Origin: the human T2T-CHM13v2.0 reference genome, Homo sapiens
NCBI RefSeq assembly: GCF_009914755.1
Contig: NC_060936.1
DNA: 64,000 bases
Strand: one strand, 5' to 3'
The notes under the pieces are model-generated. The model was not told where the DNA came from. It saw nothing but the letters and a program-made list of their open reading frames with translations, and did not search any database. Shown here piece after piece: positions 14,640 through 31,668 of this stretch. The stretch's first letter is position 1, and every line of letters begins with the position of its first letter. The translations under genes were made by a program, and so were the position numbers.

Positions 14640-15483
14640 TCACAGCATGTCTTACTGTTATTCTAACAATTCTTGACTTCTATTTTGAATCTACCATAGC
14701 ATTCTGGAGACAAAAGATGTAATCCCTTTCAGAACAGAGAGTGTGTTGCTGCACAAGTTATGGCTATGTGTCAGTGTACCTGTAAAGGCTATATAATGTG
14801 ATAGAAAACCTTTGGCTTAGCACAGACTTGAGTATGATGAGCTTAGCTGAGAGGGATTTGTGTGAACAAAACAAAAACAAAAAACAAAAGAGAGCTATAA
14901 GGCAAGATTATCCTGGTAGAAAGGCTTTGAGATCTGTATTAGGTGGACGTGGGGAAAGAAAGTATAGGACTCATGGATTGATAATGAATGTGAGCAGTTC
15001 TGCCTGGGCCTGTGTCCACATTTAGGAGAAAGGCTGGTCAGTCATTTTCTACAGTAAGAGCCTGCTGAGTCAGTTTGTGAAGTATATGAGCATCACGATA
15101 TCAGTTCCAACTAGATGAAAAAAGATAGGCTTAGGACAACAGGAAGGCCCTTGGTTTTCTGGAGAAGAGAGTAACTCAACTCTGGAGTGGGGGGTGGAAA
15201 GTCACAGTGAGCTACTCAGAAATTGTGAACTTAGTGAATGGGAGGGAGAAGAAAAGCCTTCTGCCTGGAAAGGGTGATTACTCTAGACAGTGAGGTGTTC
15301 AGCCTCTGCCAGGTCAGCTTAGTGATATGCCAGTGACTTGTCTTGTGCTGCATGTTTTCTGTGCCCTTGAGTCCCTGCTTCTCTGGTGAATTCTGTGTGT
15401 TCTGGCTGTCAGTGGAGAGGGTGGAAGCAGGGTACACATCAGCACGCCCCTAGAGAAGAGAATAATGTGGTTAAAGCATGTGC

Positions 15484-15684
15484 TGGCATAGCTTATGGAT
15501 ATCTGCTCTTGTCAATAGAGTTTGAAAAATTCCTTAAAAAAAAAAACTATTACATATACTCTGTTTTTAGAAAAATATGCTAATTTTATATTCTTTTCCA
15601 ATTAAAAAAAAATCAGTTGATATACTAAAGAAATAGAGCATGTTTTTTTTTTTTTTAATTCACCTTCTATCTTTGTGATAGGTT
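15484..15684 (+). repeat. Diverged direct duplication of 13771-13970 (end of intron 4 plus exon 5 acceptor)
   Basis: Shared blocks gcatagct..gatat.tgctct, ttgtcaatagagttt, atgctaattttatattcttttc, gttgatat, atagagcatg, tgtgataggtt in the same order and spacing. Confidence 0.9.
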
Positions 15685-17048
15685 TGTGATGCACACAATC
15701 TTTGAAAGAGGAAGTTTTCCTCTTTTTACCATTGGGTAGCAGCAGCAGAAAACAAATAGAAACAGCAATAGGACAGAAAATAAGTGGAGGTAGTAGGAAT
15801 CTGGCTGAGGGAGAAGAGTCTTAGAGAATGGAGTCCCTGCTTTTGTACAGCATGTACCCAGGAAATAGAAACAGCAAGTACAGTTACTGATTGTAAAATT
15901 GCATAGTCATATCTTTATTTTAACAGAAATTTATTATGTCTGAAAAGAAGTAAATCTGTGGTCTACACTTGTGTCTCCCAACCCTGTGGCTTCAGGAGAC
16001 AAATTTTTGTACCTTTTTTCCCTGGAGGGGAGAAATTTCCTCTCTTTTTAGCAACTGTTGTTTTGGCTTCACATGGTTCTTCCTTTTCTTGTTCCTTTAT
16101 GCCTGGGGTTTATTTTTTAAAATCAGCGTTTAGTAAAATTCAGGTTGAGAAACACTATATTCCAATGTTAGTGAATATCTCCAGCTTGAGCACACTGACC
16201 AGGCCAATGAAAAACTGGGAACATGTGGAGAAAACGGATGGCTGTCAGGATGCACAGCCATCCAAACCAGTGTTTGATTATTTTTAGGAAAAGGTCAAAT
16301 GCCATTCTTTTGAGTTTTAGATTGGTCCTGGGGAGAAATAAATGGATTAAAAGCTCTCCAAGAATTGGAATGGCAGGGCCTTATATTTCTTAAATATTTA
16401 AATTAGAGTATTGAGAAATTCTAGCCTATTACTATGAAATGTTAGGTAAATTATTATCTTAGAACTTTAATATCTGTGTAAAGAACAATCAGGAAAAAAA
16501 AGTTGTTTAATTTCCACACCCCCTAAAAAATTAAGGTACATTCCAAGTTCGGGTGGATATGTGTATGGTTTCCTGTTGCCTCCAGAGAGGACTTACCCTT
16601 CTCAAAGGAAAAGTTATCTAGCATTGGTCAACTGAAAAGAAAGAGAGGTACAGAAGTGAAGTATATTTTAAATTTAATTAAATTTTATCAAAAAGTCAAT
16701 CAGGACTTTATAGACTTTTTTTTTTTTTTTGGCGAGTTTGCAAATTGGGAGATATTGTTTGGCAGACACTGCCAAGAATTTCTGAGAATGACATCTGCTT
16801 ATATCAGTGGGAAAGATGAGAAAATGGAGAAGGTCTTACTTATGCCTAAATAATTTTAGGTTGAGCTAAAAATACTCCTTAAGTGTTATGGATCTTTGTT
16901 CATTTTGTTTTCTTCTTTGGAATGACAGAAATTAGTAAAATAATATGAGGAAATTAATTTTAATTAATTCAGACATTAGATAAAATGTATTATTTCGTGA
17001 TTAAATGTTTATATAAAATTAGAGCCTCATACTTTTCCTTCTTTTTAG

Positions 17049-17252
17049 ACTTGTGTGCGAGACAGAGCCACTCTTTCTATCCTGGCTGTTAGGAATATCA
17101 GCAAAGAAGTAGCTAAAAAGGCTGTTGATGAAGTTTTTGAATCTTGTTTCAATGACCATGAACCTTTTGGAAGGATCCCACATAACAAGACTTATGCAAG
17201 ATATGCTCACAGAGACTTTGAAAACCGTGATCGGTATTATTCAAATATATGA
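17049..17252 (+). CDS. ATP23: ATP23 exon 6 coding part ([10 protein letters not shown]...DRYYSNI stop)
   Basis: ctttttag acceptor; TGA at 17250-17252; spliced CDS totals 741 nt = 246 aa. Confidence 0.97.
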   Translation, partial: TCVRDRATLSILAVRNISKEVAKKAVDEVFESCFNDHEPFGRIPHNKTYARYAHRDFENRDRYYSNI

Positions 17253-17475
17253 GCACAATGACATTTTTATATTACAGAGCTTCCATCATCATGAAGAAAA
17301 AAAAATTTGGTTCTCAAGTGAACAAACATATAAAATGTAAACAATCCCTACAATCCAGATAAAACAGAGAAGACTGTGATTCTAGCATATTATCAGAAAA
17401 AGTAACTATGGCAAAAAATGAAACTGCTTTAAACTCCAAGGCAGAAATTGTATCTTTATAGCTAACCATTTAGTA

Positions 17476-17481
17476 AATAAA
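17476..17481 (+). terminator. Candidate ATP23 polyadenylation signal AATAAA (alternatives ATTAAA 17606 and AATAAA 17793)
   Basis: First canonical hexamer after the stop codon, followed by T-rich sequence. Confidence 0.6.
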
Positions 17482-17806
17482 TACATTACATTTTTGTATT
17501 TTAGTCATTTGTTTTTATTACATGTGATTATTTTAAAATTTGATTATGAAACCTGTGAAGTGTGCTCTTCCATGATGTTGATAGGTGACCACTGTTGGTA
17601 TTTACATTAAATGTAAAGAAATGTGTACTGATCTCATTGTAGGATACTTATTGAGCTGTTGTTATGATGAAAATTGGAAATAATTCATTCAGTGGTCAAT
17701 GCTATCCTCTCCCTATTCTTCTTTTATCATATATGTGGGACCCATATGGCCTAATTTTCTGGGGACAGTCCTGGTTAGATCTTTTTCTTTTTAATAAAGG
17801 CAGTGC

Positions 17807-20800
17807 TCGAATTTTAGCTCCAGATCGACTGCAAGAACAAACCAGCAATACTGAGAGGACCCACAGACCCTCTGAAGGAAGCGACTGCTCCTACAGTGCC
17901 CAGGAGACACCCCAAATACTGTGAGTGCCCAACTGCAGAAGTGGGAAAGGGAGACCCTCCTCTCCCACACACACCCCCCCACTGGAGAAACTGAAGGTCT
18001 GTTTGTGGGAGAAGTTTCCGACCTTACCTGGAGCTGAGTTAATTTAGAGAGCCGAGCGAAATACAGGGGTAGAGCAAGCAGCAGGAAGGCCCAGGGAGCT
18101 CGCTGGGTCCCCAAGCAGCCCATTCCTGCCTGTCACCACAGAGATCCATTGCAAGGGCAGCCAGAAGAGCAGCGGGTAAAACTCCACAGGGAGAAGGACA
18201 TCTCTAGCTGAACTTTGTAACTATTTCAATGGGGCAAGAAGCCTCCCGGCCAGAACTTGGGAGAGGGCACAAATCCCATGTGCAGAATCCACAGAGGGGA
18301 AGAACCAAGCTCTTTTCTTTCACAGCTGGGAGGTGGGTAGCCTGGGGCAAGTTTTCAAGCCTGTCTCACCCACCACCTGGAAGCAGACTTGGGGCTGTGG
18401 TGGGGGGCATGGTGGGAGTGAGACTGGCCCTTCGGCTTGTGTGGGAGCTGGGTGAGGCCTGTGACTGCCGGCTTTCCCCTACTTCCCTGACAACCTGCAT
18501 GACTCCCCAGAGGCAGTCATAATCCTCCTAGGGACACAACTCCAGTGACCTGGGAATCTCACCCTCATCTCCCACAACAGTCACAGCAAGACCTGCCCAA
18601 GGAGAGTCTGAGCTCAGACATGTCTATCCCTGCCCCGACCTGATGTTCCTTCCCTACCCACCCTGGTATCTGAACAAAAAGGGCATACAATCTTGGGAGT
18701 TCTAGGGCCCCACTCACCACAAGTTCTTCTCCATACTACCACAACTGATGCTCTCTGGAAAGCGCTACCTCCTGGCAGGAGGCCAGCCAGCACAAAAACA
18801 GAGCCTTCAACCACCAAAGCTAAGAACCCTCATGGAGTCCATTGCACCCCCCCTGCCACCTCCACTGGAACAGGTGCTGGTATCCACAGCCGAGAGACCC
18901 ATAGACGGTTCACATCACAGGATTCTGTGCAGGCAACCCCCAGTACCAGCATGGAGCTGGGTAGACTCACTGGGTGGCTAGACCCAGAAGAGAGACAACA
19001 ATCACAGCAGTTTGGCTTACAGGAAGCCACATCCATCGGAAAAGGGGGAGGGTATACATCAAGGGAACACCCTGTGGGACAAAGGAACCTGAACAATGGC
19101 CTTCAGCCCTAGACCTTCCCTTTGACAGAGACTACCCAAATGAGAAGGAACCAGAAAACTAACCCTGGTAATATGACAAAACAAAAGCTCTTTAACACCC
19201 ACAAAAAAATCACACTAGTTCACCAGCAATGGATTCAAACCAAGAAGAAATCCCTGATTTACCTGAAAAAGAATTCAGGAGGTTAGTTATTAAGCTAATC
19301 AGGGAGGCACCAGAGAAAGGCAAAGCCCAGTGCAAGGAAATCCAAAAAATGATATAAGAAGTGAAGGGAGAAATATTCAAGGAAATGGAGAGCTTAAAGA
19401 AAAAAGAATAAAAAATTCAGGAAACTTTGGACACACTTTTAGAAATGCAAAATGCTCTGGAAAATCTCAGCAATAGAATTGAACAAGTAGAAGAAAGAAA
19501 TTCAGAGCTTGAAGACAAGGTCTTCAAATTAACCCAATCCAAAAAAGACAAAGAAAAAAGAATAAGAAAATATGAACAAAGCTTCCAAGAAGTCTAGGAT
19601 TATGTTAAGTGACCAAAACTAAGAATAATCAGTGTTCCTGAGGAAGAAGAGAATTCTAAAAGCTTGGAAGACATATATGGGGGAAATAATCAAGGAAAAC
19701 TTCTCTGGCCTTGCGAGAGACCTAGACATTCAAATACAAGAAGCACAAAGAACACCTGGGAAATTCATCACAAAAAGATCATTGTTTAAGTACATTGTCA
19801 CTAGGTTATCCAAAGTTAAGATGAAGGAAAGAATCTCAAGAGCTGTGAGACAGAAGCACCAGGTAACCTATAAAGGAAAACCTATCAGATTAACAACAGA
19901 TTTCTCAGCAGAAACCCTACAAGCCAGAAGGGATTGGGGCCCTATCTTCAGCCTCCTCAAACAAAACAATTATCAGCCAAGGATTTTGTATCCAGTGAAA
20001 CAAAGCATCATATATGAAGGAAAGATACAGTCTTTTTTCAGACAAATAAGTGCTGGGAGAATTCACCACTACCAAGCCACCACCACAAGAACTGCTTAAA
20101 AGGAGCTCTAAATCTTGAAACAAATCCTGGAAATGCAACACATCAAAACAGAACCTCTTTAAAGCATAAATCACACAGGATCTGTAAAACGAAAATACAA
20201 ATTAAAAAGCAAAAGTAAAAAACCAAAATACAGAGGCAACAAAGAGCATGATGAATGCAATGATACCTCACATTTCAATTATAACATTGAATGTAAATGG
20301 CCTAAATGCTCCACCTAAAAGAAATAGAACCACAGAATGGATAAAAACTCACCAACCAACTATCTGCTGCCTTCAGGAGACTCACCTAACACATAAGAAC
20401 TCACATAAACTTAAACTAAAGGGGTGGAATAAAGCATTTGATGCAAACGGACACCAAAAGTGAGCAGGGGTGGCTATTCTTACATCAGACAAAACAAACT
20501 TTAAAACAACAGCAGTTAAAAGAGACAAAGAGGGACATTACATAATGGTAAAAGGCCATGTCCAACAGGAAAATATTACTGTCCTAAACATATATGCATC
20601 TAACACTGGAGCTTCCAAATTTATAAAACAATTACTAATAGACCTAAGAAATGAGAGACAGCAACACAACAAGAGTGGGGGACTTCAGTACTCCACTGAC
20701 AGCATTAGACAGGTCATCAAGACAGAAAGTCAACAAAGAAACAAGGGATTTAAACTATAACTTGGAACAAATGGACTTAACCGATATATACAGAACATTT

Positions 20801-23800
20801 CATGCAACAACCACAGAATACACGTTCTATTCAACAGTGCATGGAACTTTCTCCAAGGTAGACCTTAGGATAGGCCATAAAATGAGCCTCAATAAATTTA
20901 AGAAAATCAAAATTATATCAAGCACTCTCTCTGACCACAGTGGAATAAAACTGGAAATCAACTCCAAAAGGAACCATCAAAACCATGCAAATACATGGAA
21001 ATTAAATAACTTGCTCCTGAATGAGTATTGGGTCAAGAACGAAATCAAGATGGAAATTAAAAAATTCTTTGAACTGAATGATAATAATGACACAACCTAC
21101 CAAACCCCTGGGATAAAGCAAAGGTGGTGCTAGGAGGAAGGTTCATAGCCCTAAATGCTGATATCAAAAAGACTAAAAGAGCACAAACTGACATTCTAAG
21201 GTCACACCTCAAGGAACTAGAGAAACAAGAACAAACCAAACCCAAACCCAGTAGAAGAAAGAAGTAACCAAGATCAGAGCAGAACTAAAGGAAATTGAAA
21301 CAGCAATAACAACAACAAAAATACAAAAGATAAACAAAAAGCTGGTTCTTTGATAAGATAAGTAAAATTGATGGACTATTAGCAAGATTAACTGAGAAAA
21401 TAAGAAAGAAAATCCAAATAATTTCACTAATAAACAAAACAGGAGATATTACAACTGACACCACTGAAATACAAAGGATCATTCAAAGCTACTGTGAACA
21501 CCTTTATGCACATAAACTGGAAAACCTAGAAGAGATGGATAAATTCTTGGAAAAACACAATCCTCCTAGCTTAAACCAGGAAGAATTAGATACCCTGAAC
21601 AGACTAATAACAAGCAGCGAGATTGAAATGGTAATTAAAAAATTACCAACAAAAAAAGTCCCGGACCAGATGGATTCACAGCAGAATTCTACCAGACATT
21701 CAAAGAAGAATTGATACCAATCGTTTTGACACTATTCCACACGATAGAGAAAGAAGAAACCCTTCCTAATTCATTCTATGAAGCCAGCATCACCCTAATA
21801 CCAAAATCAGGGCAGGACATAACCATAAAAGAAAACTACAGACCAATATCCTTGAAGAACATAGATGCTAAAATCATTAACAAAATACTAGCTAACTGAA
21901 TTCAACAACATATCAAAAAGATAATCCACCATGATTAAGTGGGCTTCATACCAAGGATGCAGGGATGGTTTAACATACACAGTTCAATAAATGTGATACA
22001 CCACACAAACAATTAAAAACAAAAATCATGTGATCATCTCAATAGATGCAGAAAAAGCATTCAACAAAATCCAGCATTGCTTTATGATTAAAACTCTCAG
22101 CAAAATGGGCAGACAAGGGACAGGTATGTCCCTTGTAATAAAAGCCATCTATGATAGACCCACAGCCAACATAATACTGAGTGGGGAAAAGTTGAAAGCA
22201 TTCCCTCTGAGAACTGGAACAAGACAAGGATGCCCACTCTCACCACTCCTCTTCAACATAGTACTGGAAGTCCAAGCCAGAGCAATCAGACAAGAGAAAG
22301 AAATAAAGGGCATCCAAATTGGTAAAGGGAAAGTCAAACTGTCACTGTTTGCTGGTGATATGATTGTTTACCTTGAAAACTCCAAAGACTCCTCCAGAAA
22401 GCTCTTAGAACAGATAAAAGAATTCAGCAAAGTTTCTGGATACAAGATTAATGTACACAAATCAGTAGCTCTTCTATATACCAACAGCAACCAAGCAGAG
22501 GATGAAGTAAAGAACTCAGCCCCTTTTACAATAGTTGGAAAAAAAAAAAAAAAGGAATATATCTAACCAAGGAGTCAAAATAGCTCTACAGGGAAACTAC
22601 AAAACACTGCTGAAAGAAATCATAGATGATACAAACAAATGGAAACATCCCATGCTCACGAATGGGTAGAATCAATATTGTGAACATGACCGTACTGCCA
22701 AAAGCAATCTACAAATTCAATGCAATCCCCATCAAAATACCACCATCATTCTTCACAGAATTAGAAAAAGCAATTCTAAAATTCATATGGAACCAAAAAA
22801 GAGCCTGCATAGCCAAAGCAAGACTAAGCAAAAAGAACAAATCTGGAGGCATCACACTACCTGATTTCAAACTATATTATAAGGCCATAGTCACCAAAAC
22901 AGCATGGTACTGGTACTGGTATAAATAGGCACATAGACCAATAGAATAGAATAGAGAACCTAGAAATAAACCCAAATACTTACAGCCAACTGATCTTTGA
23001 CAAAGCAAACAACATTAAGTGGGGAAAGGACACCCTTTTCAACAAATGGTGCTGGCAGAATTGGATAGCCACATGTAGGAGAATGAAGCTGGATCCTCAT
23101 CTCTCACCTTATACCAAAATCAACTCAAGATGGATGAAGGACTTAAACCTAAGACCTGAAACTATTAAAATTCTAGAAGATAACATTGGAAAAATTCTAG
23201 ACATTGGCTTAGGCAAGGATTTCACGACCAAGAACCCAAAAACAAATACGACAAAAACAAAGATAAATAGCTGGGACCTAATTAAACTAAAGAGCTTTTG
23301 CATGGCAAAAGGAACAGTCAGCAGACTAAACACAACCTACAGAGTGGGAGAAAATATTCACAGTCTATACATCTGACAAAGGACTAATATCCAGAATCTA
23401 CAATGAACACAAATCAGTAAGAAGAAAACAATCCCATCAAAAAGTGGGCTAAGGACATGAATAGAAAATTCTCAAAAGAAGATATACAAATTGCCAACAA
23501 ACATATGAAAAAACGCTCAACATCATTAATGATCAGGGAAATGCAAATCAAAACCACAATGCAGTACCACCATACTCCTGCAAGAATGGCCATAATAAAA
23601 AAGTCAAATAACAGTAGATGTTGGCGTGGATGCGGTGATCAGGGAACACTTCTACACTGCTGGTGGGAATGTAAAGTAAAGTATACAGCCACTATGGAAA
23701 ACAGTGTGGATATTTCTTAAAGAACTAAAAGTAGAACTTCCATTTGATCCAGCAATCCCACTACTGGGTATCTACCCAGAGGAAAAGAAGTCATTATTCA

Positions 23801-24302
23801 AAAAAGACACTTGCACACATATGTTTATAGGAGCACAATTCACAATTGCAAAATTGTGGAACCAAGCCAAATGCCCATCAATCAACGAGTGGATAAAGAA
23901 ACTGTTATATATATATATGATGGAATACTACTCAGCCATAAAAAGGAATGAATTAACAGCATGTGCAGTGACCTGGATGAGACTGGAGACTATTATTCTA
24001 AGTGAAGTAACTCAGGAATGGAAACCCAAACATCATATGTTCTCACTGATATGTGGGAGCTAAGCTATGAGGACACAAAGGCATAAGAATAATTCAATGG
24101 ACTTCGGGGACTTGTGGGGAAGAAGAGGAGGAGGGCCGAGGAATAAAAGACTAAAAATATGGTGCAGTGTATACTGTTCGGGAGATGGGTGTGCCAAAAT
24201 CTCACAAATCACCACTAAAGAACTTACTCATGTAACCAAATACCACCTGTACCCCAATAATTATGGAAAAAAAAATTAAGCAAACTAAAACCATAACAGA
24301 AA
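17807..24302 (+). mobile_element. Near full-length L1PB1-type LINE-1 (5' UTR, degraded ORF1 about 19140-20170, degraded ORF2 about 20248-24063, 3' UTR)
   Basis: ORF fragments match L1 ORF1 and the EN, RT and C-terminal parts of ORF2 with frameshifts and stops; L1PB1-type 3' UTR; TSD aaaggcagtgc at 17796-17806 and 24303-24313. Confidence 0.93.
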
Positions 24303-25557
24303 AAAGGCAGTGCATTAAATTCATAATACAATCAATTTAATTTTTATATATTTATAATATTTTTCATATAATCATTCTCAAATCTTTTTTAGGCACCATA
24401 TCTGAATTTTGGATCCAGAAAGCATGGTCATTGTATCTATACCCCTTAACACAGGCATTACCTGCATCTTCTACCTGCTCTTAGCAGCTGCATCTTTAAC
24501 CCGCTTTTAGCAAACATCATTTGGCCTATGTCTAGATTGATAGGTGATGATGCCTATGTGTAGATGTGACTGATTAGAGGTTTAAAGACTGAAGCTAGCA
24601 GGATTCATTCTCTTGAGTTAAAATTTTATTAAATATAAATTATAAAGTAATACCTGAAGCCTTGTCAAACATTTAAAACAAAATTTGAGGATTCTGGGAA
24701 GATAATGGAGAAGGAAGCACCAGAAATCTGTCTTCCCACTTAGGTAAAAATTATAGTAGTAGAACCTCTCTGATGTAACTGTTTTGGAACTCTGGGTCTA
24801 TTGAAGGCTTGCAACGTCCAGGGAAAAGCTTGGATATTAAATTGTGGTTCATTTTGGTCAATTTTAGTTCTTAGCACAGTAGCAGCTACCCATCCCCCAT
24901 CCCCTATCCTTGTGGCAGGTGGGTGTGCACATGTTCCTGGAGCAGCTTGCATGCAGGTTGTGGGAGCCAGGGTGGATTAAAAAAGACTCTGTCCTCCAAA
25001 TAGTGGAGATCTGTGCTTTGATTGCTAATTGCTGCTTCTGATTACAGAGGTTCAGAGGTGGACATTGTGGTTTCACCTCCCTCCATTGTTGCAAGCTCCC
25101 CCTACCCTCTGGCTGAAGTGACTTCCTGGTTATTTAAAAGGCTGGTGCCTTTTTGTTTTTCCTGTGCCCTTCATTTTTCTCTTTTCCCCCCTTTGGGAGC
25201 CAGACACTGAAGACTATGACATTCAAAAGTAACCTCATATACAAGAGAAATTAGAAAGTTACAGTACACGTGCAGGGGAAGGTGCAAGCTCTGAAAACAC
25301 CCTAATTTTATACCTCAGACTGATCCTCAGCACAGGGATAGCTTACAAAAAAAATAAAAACACAAAACAGCAAACCCTGGAGAGAGAGTATCTGACTTTT
25401 AGACTTACCAGATTATTAGATTAAAATGTACAGTTTTCAACAAAAATCACAAGAGATAGAAACAGGAAATTGTGGCCCATTCTATGGAAAAAAGCAAACA
25501 AACAGAAACTGTCCCTGAAAAAGACCTGTTGGCAGATTTACTAGACAAAAACTTTAA

Positions 25558-26117
<560 letters not shown>

Positions 26118-26419
26118 TCATTATGTTAAGTGAAATAAGCCAAACTTTGCATGTTCTCACCCATGGGAGCTAAACATTAAAACAATTGAACTCATGGAGA
26201 TAGCAGAATGATAGTTACCAGAGGCTAGGAAGGGTAGTGGGGTGGGGGTGGGGGCATGAGGGTAAGGGAGGGGAAATTGGGGATGGCTAATGGGTACAAA
26301 AAAATAGAATGAACAAGACAGTATTTGCTAGCACAACAGGGTGACTGTAGTAAAAAGTAATTTAATTGTACATTTAAAAATAACTAAAAGTGTATAATTG
26401 GATTGTTCATATCACAAAG

Positions 26420-26928
26420 TGAGGGACTGAGGGGCTAAATTGGCTGGACTTCCTGGGTCAATAGGGACGTCCCTAAGGGGACTTTCCCCTAAGCCAAAAT
26501 GAGTCACAGCTGCAAGCTAAGGGATTGAACTTCAACCAGTCACATAGGGAGTTTAAGCTCTAGCTGCAGCCTGATGTTTTTAACCAATCAGGCCTGCCAA
26601 CCCGCAAGCAGATTGAAAAATAAGCTAATTCTATAGGACAGAAAAAGGAAAAGAGGAGGGGTTATAAGGGGATATAAGCATAAGATACCCAAGCGAAAAA
26701 CGGCAACTCTTCCGTGTCCCCTTCCACCGTGTGGAAGCTTTACTTTTGCTTTACTTTCACTTTCACTTTAATAAATCTTGCTGCTGCACACTCTTGGGGT
26801 CCGTGCGTTTCTCTAATCAAGTTGTAACACTCACTGCTGCAGTCCATGGCTTCATTCCTTGAAGCCCTTGAGACCACGAACCATTCAATCTAGAAAAACC
26901 TTAGATTGGAAGAAGACTTCTTGTCTCA
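26420..26928 (+). mobile_element. Solo ERV1-class LTR (LTR21-like, tentative)
   Basis: TG...CA termini, 4-bp TSD aaag, internal CCAAT, TATA-like and AATAAA motifs; interrupts the L1MA sequence cacaaag|gataaatgc. Confidence 0.85.
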
Positions 26929-27586
26929 AAAGGATAAATGCTTGAGGTGGGGGATACCCTGTTTATCCAGATGTGATTATTATGCATTGCATGCCTGTAT
27001 CAAAATGTCTCATGTATCCCATAAATACACCTAATGTGTTCCCACAAAAATTAAAAATAAAAATTTAATTAAAAAAGAACTAGCAAAAGATGCTCAAAGA
27101 ACTAAAGGAAGACATGGAGAAAGTTAAGAAAACTATGTAGAAACAAAATAGGAATATTAAGAGAAAACCTAGAAAGGAAAAAGAAATTCTGAAGCTGAAA
27201 AGTTCAATAATTGAAATAAGAAATTTACTAGAGGGATTCAAAGGCAGATTTGAGCAAGCAGAAGAAAATCAGCAAACTCAAAGATAGGACAATGGAAATT
27301 AGCAAGTCTGAGGAACAGAAAGGAAAAAGATTGAAGAAAAGTAAGCACAGCCTAGGAGTCCCATGGGACAATATCAAGCAGACCAATATATACATCGTAG
27401 GAGTTCCAGCAGAAGAGAGAAAGGGGCAGAGAGAATATTGGAAGAAATAATGGCTGAAAACTTTTCAAGTTTGATAAAAGACATGAATATAAACATCCAA
27501 GAAGCTCAACAAACTCCAAGTATGATGAACTCAAAGATAGCCACATTGAGACATATTATAATCAAACTGTCAAAAGACAAACACAG

Positions 27587-30007
<2,421 letters not shown>

Positions 30008-31307
30008 AAAAGACAAATACAGAGAGAATTCTGAAAGCAGCAAGAGAAAATTGACTTGTTGCATACAAAGGCTGATCTTCAATAAGATTGTTAGCATATT
30101 TATCATCAGAAACTTTTAACAGAGCAGAGTAGACTGATATATTTAAAGTGCTAAAAGAATAAAACTGGTAACCAAGAATCCTATATCTGGTAAAACTGCC
30201 CTTCAAAAGTGAGTAAGAAATTAAGACACTCCCAGATAAACAAAAGCAGAGGCAGTTCACTACCATTAGATCTGTCCTGCAAGAAATGCTAAAAGAGTCC
30301 TGCAGGTTGAAATCATGACTAGATAGTAACATGAAACCGTATGAAGAAATAAAGATTTCAGTTAAGGTAAACACATAGGCAATTATAAAAGCCACTATTA
30401 TTGTAACGATGTGTAATTTTACCTTTGCTTTCTACGTGATTTGAGACTAATACATTAAAAAAACAATGATTACTCTAAAAGTATTATTGTAATTTGGTTT
30501 GTAACTCCATATTTTGTTTCCTACATAATTTAAGAGACTAACACATTAAAAATTTGTATGTTTTTGGACCCACACTATTAAAGATGTAATTTTGCAGCAT
30601 CAACAATGGAAAGGGATGGGGATAGAGCTGTTAAAGAAGTAGAGTTTCTATATGTTATTAAAGTTAATCTAGTATAAATTCAAATTAGAGTGTTATAACT
30701 TTATGATGTTAAATGTTATCTGCATGGTAACCACAGAAAAAATAGCTAAATAATGTACGCAAAAGGAAATGAGAAAGGAATTTAAAGATTTCACTACAAA
30801 AATGAACTGAACAGAAAAGAAGATAGTAATGCATGAAATGAGGCAACAAAAGCTATAAGGCATATAGAAAGCAAATAGCAAATTGATAGAAATCCCTCCT
30901 TATGAGCAATTACTTTAAATGTAAATGAGTTAAACTCTCCAAGCCATAAGGATTTAACTATATGCTGCTTACAAGAGACTCATCTTGGATCCAAAGACAC
31001 AAAAAGATTGAAAGCAAAAGGATAGAAAAGGTTATTCCGTGCAAATAGTAATTAAAAGAGAGCAGGGGCGACTACACTAATATCAGACAAAAAAAAAATC
31101 TTACTCGAGACAAGGACAGTGTATATCAATAAAAAGGTTCAATGCAGCAAGAAGATATAACAATTATAAGCATTTATACAACTAATGACAAAGTATAAGA
31201 AGCAAAAATTGACAGACTCAAAGGGAGAAATAGTTCTGCAATAATAGTTGGAAACATCAATATTTCCCCTCTGAATAATGGATAGACCAGCCAGCCAGAT
31301 GATAAGA

Positions 31308-31320
31308 GTGATATGTGTAT

Positions 31321-31360
<40 letters not shown>

Positions 31361-31569
31361 GTATATATATATATATCTTATCATCTGGCTGGCTGGTCTA
31401 TCCATTATATATATACATATATACATATATATGTGTATATATATATGTGTATGTGTATATATATGTGTATGTGTGTATATATATGTGTCTGTGTGTATAT
31501 ATATGTGTGTATATATATGTGTATGTGTATATATATATGTGTAGGTGTGTATATATGTGTGTGTGTGTG

Positions 31570-31604
<35 letters not shown>

Positions 31605-31668
31605 CTTTGATCTTTTCAAAGAAACAAATTTTAATTTCATGAAGTATATATATATATATGTATATACA
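31308..31668. repeat. (TA)n/(TG)n microsatellite filler with embedded inverted fragments
   Basis: Alternating tatg/tata/tgtg arrays; inverted fragments at 31376-31408 and 31601-31640. Confidence 0.9.

Noticed and set aside
19140-24063. Possible active LINE-1
   Set aside because: ORF1 and ORF2 are broken by many stops and frameshifts
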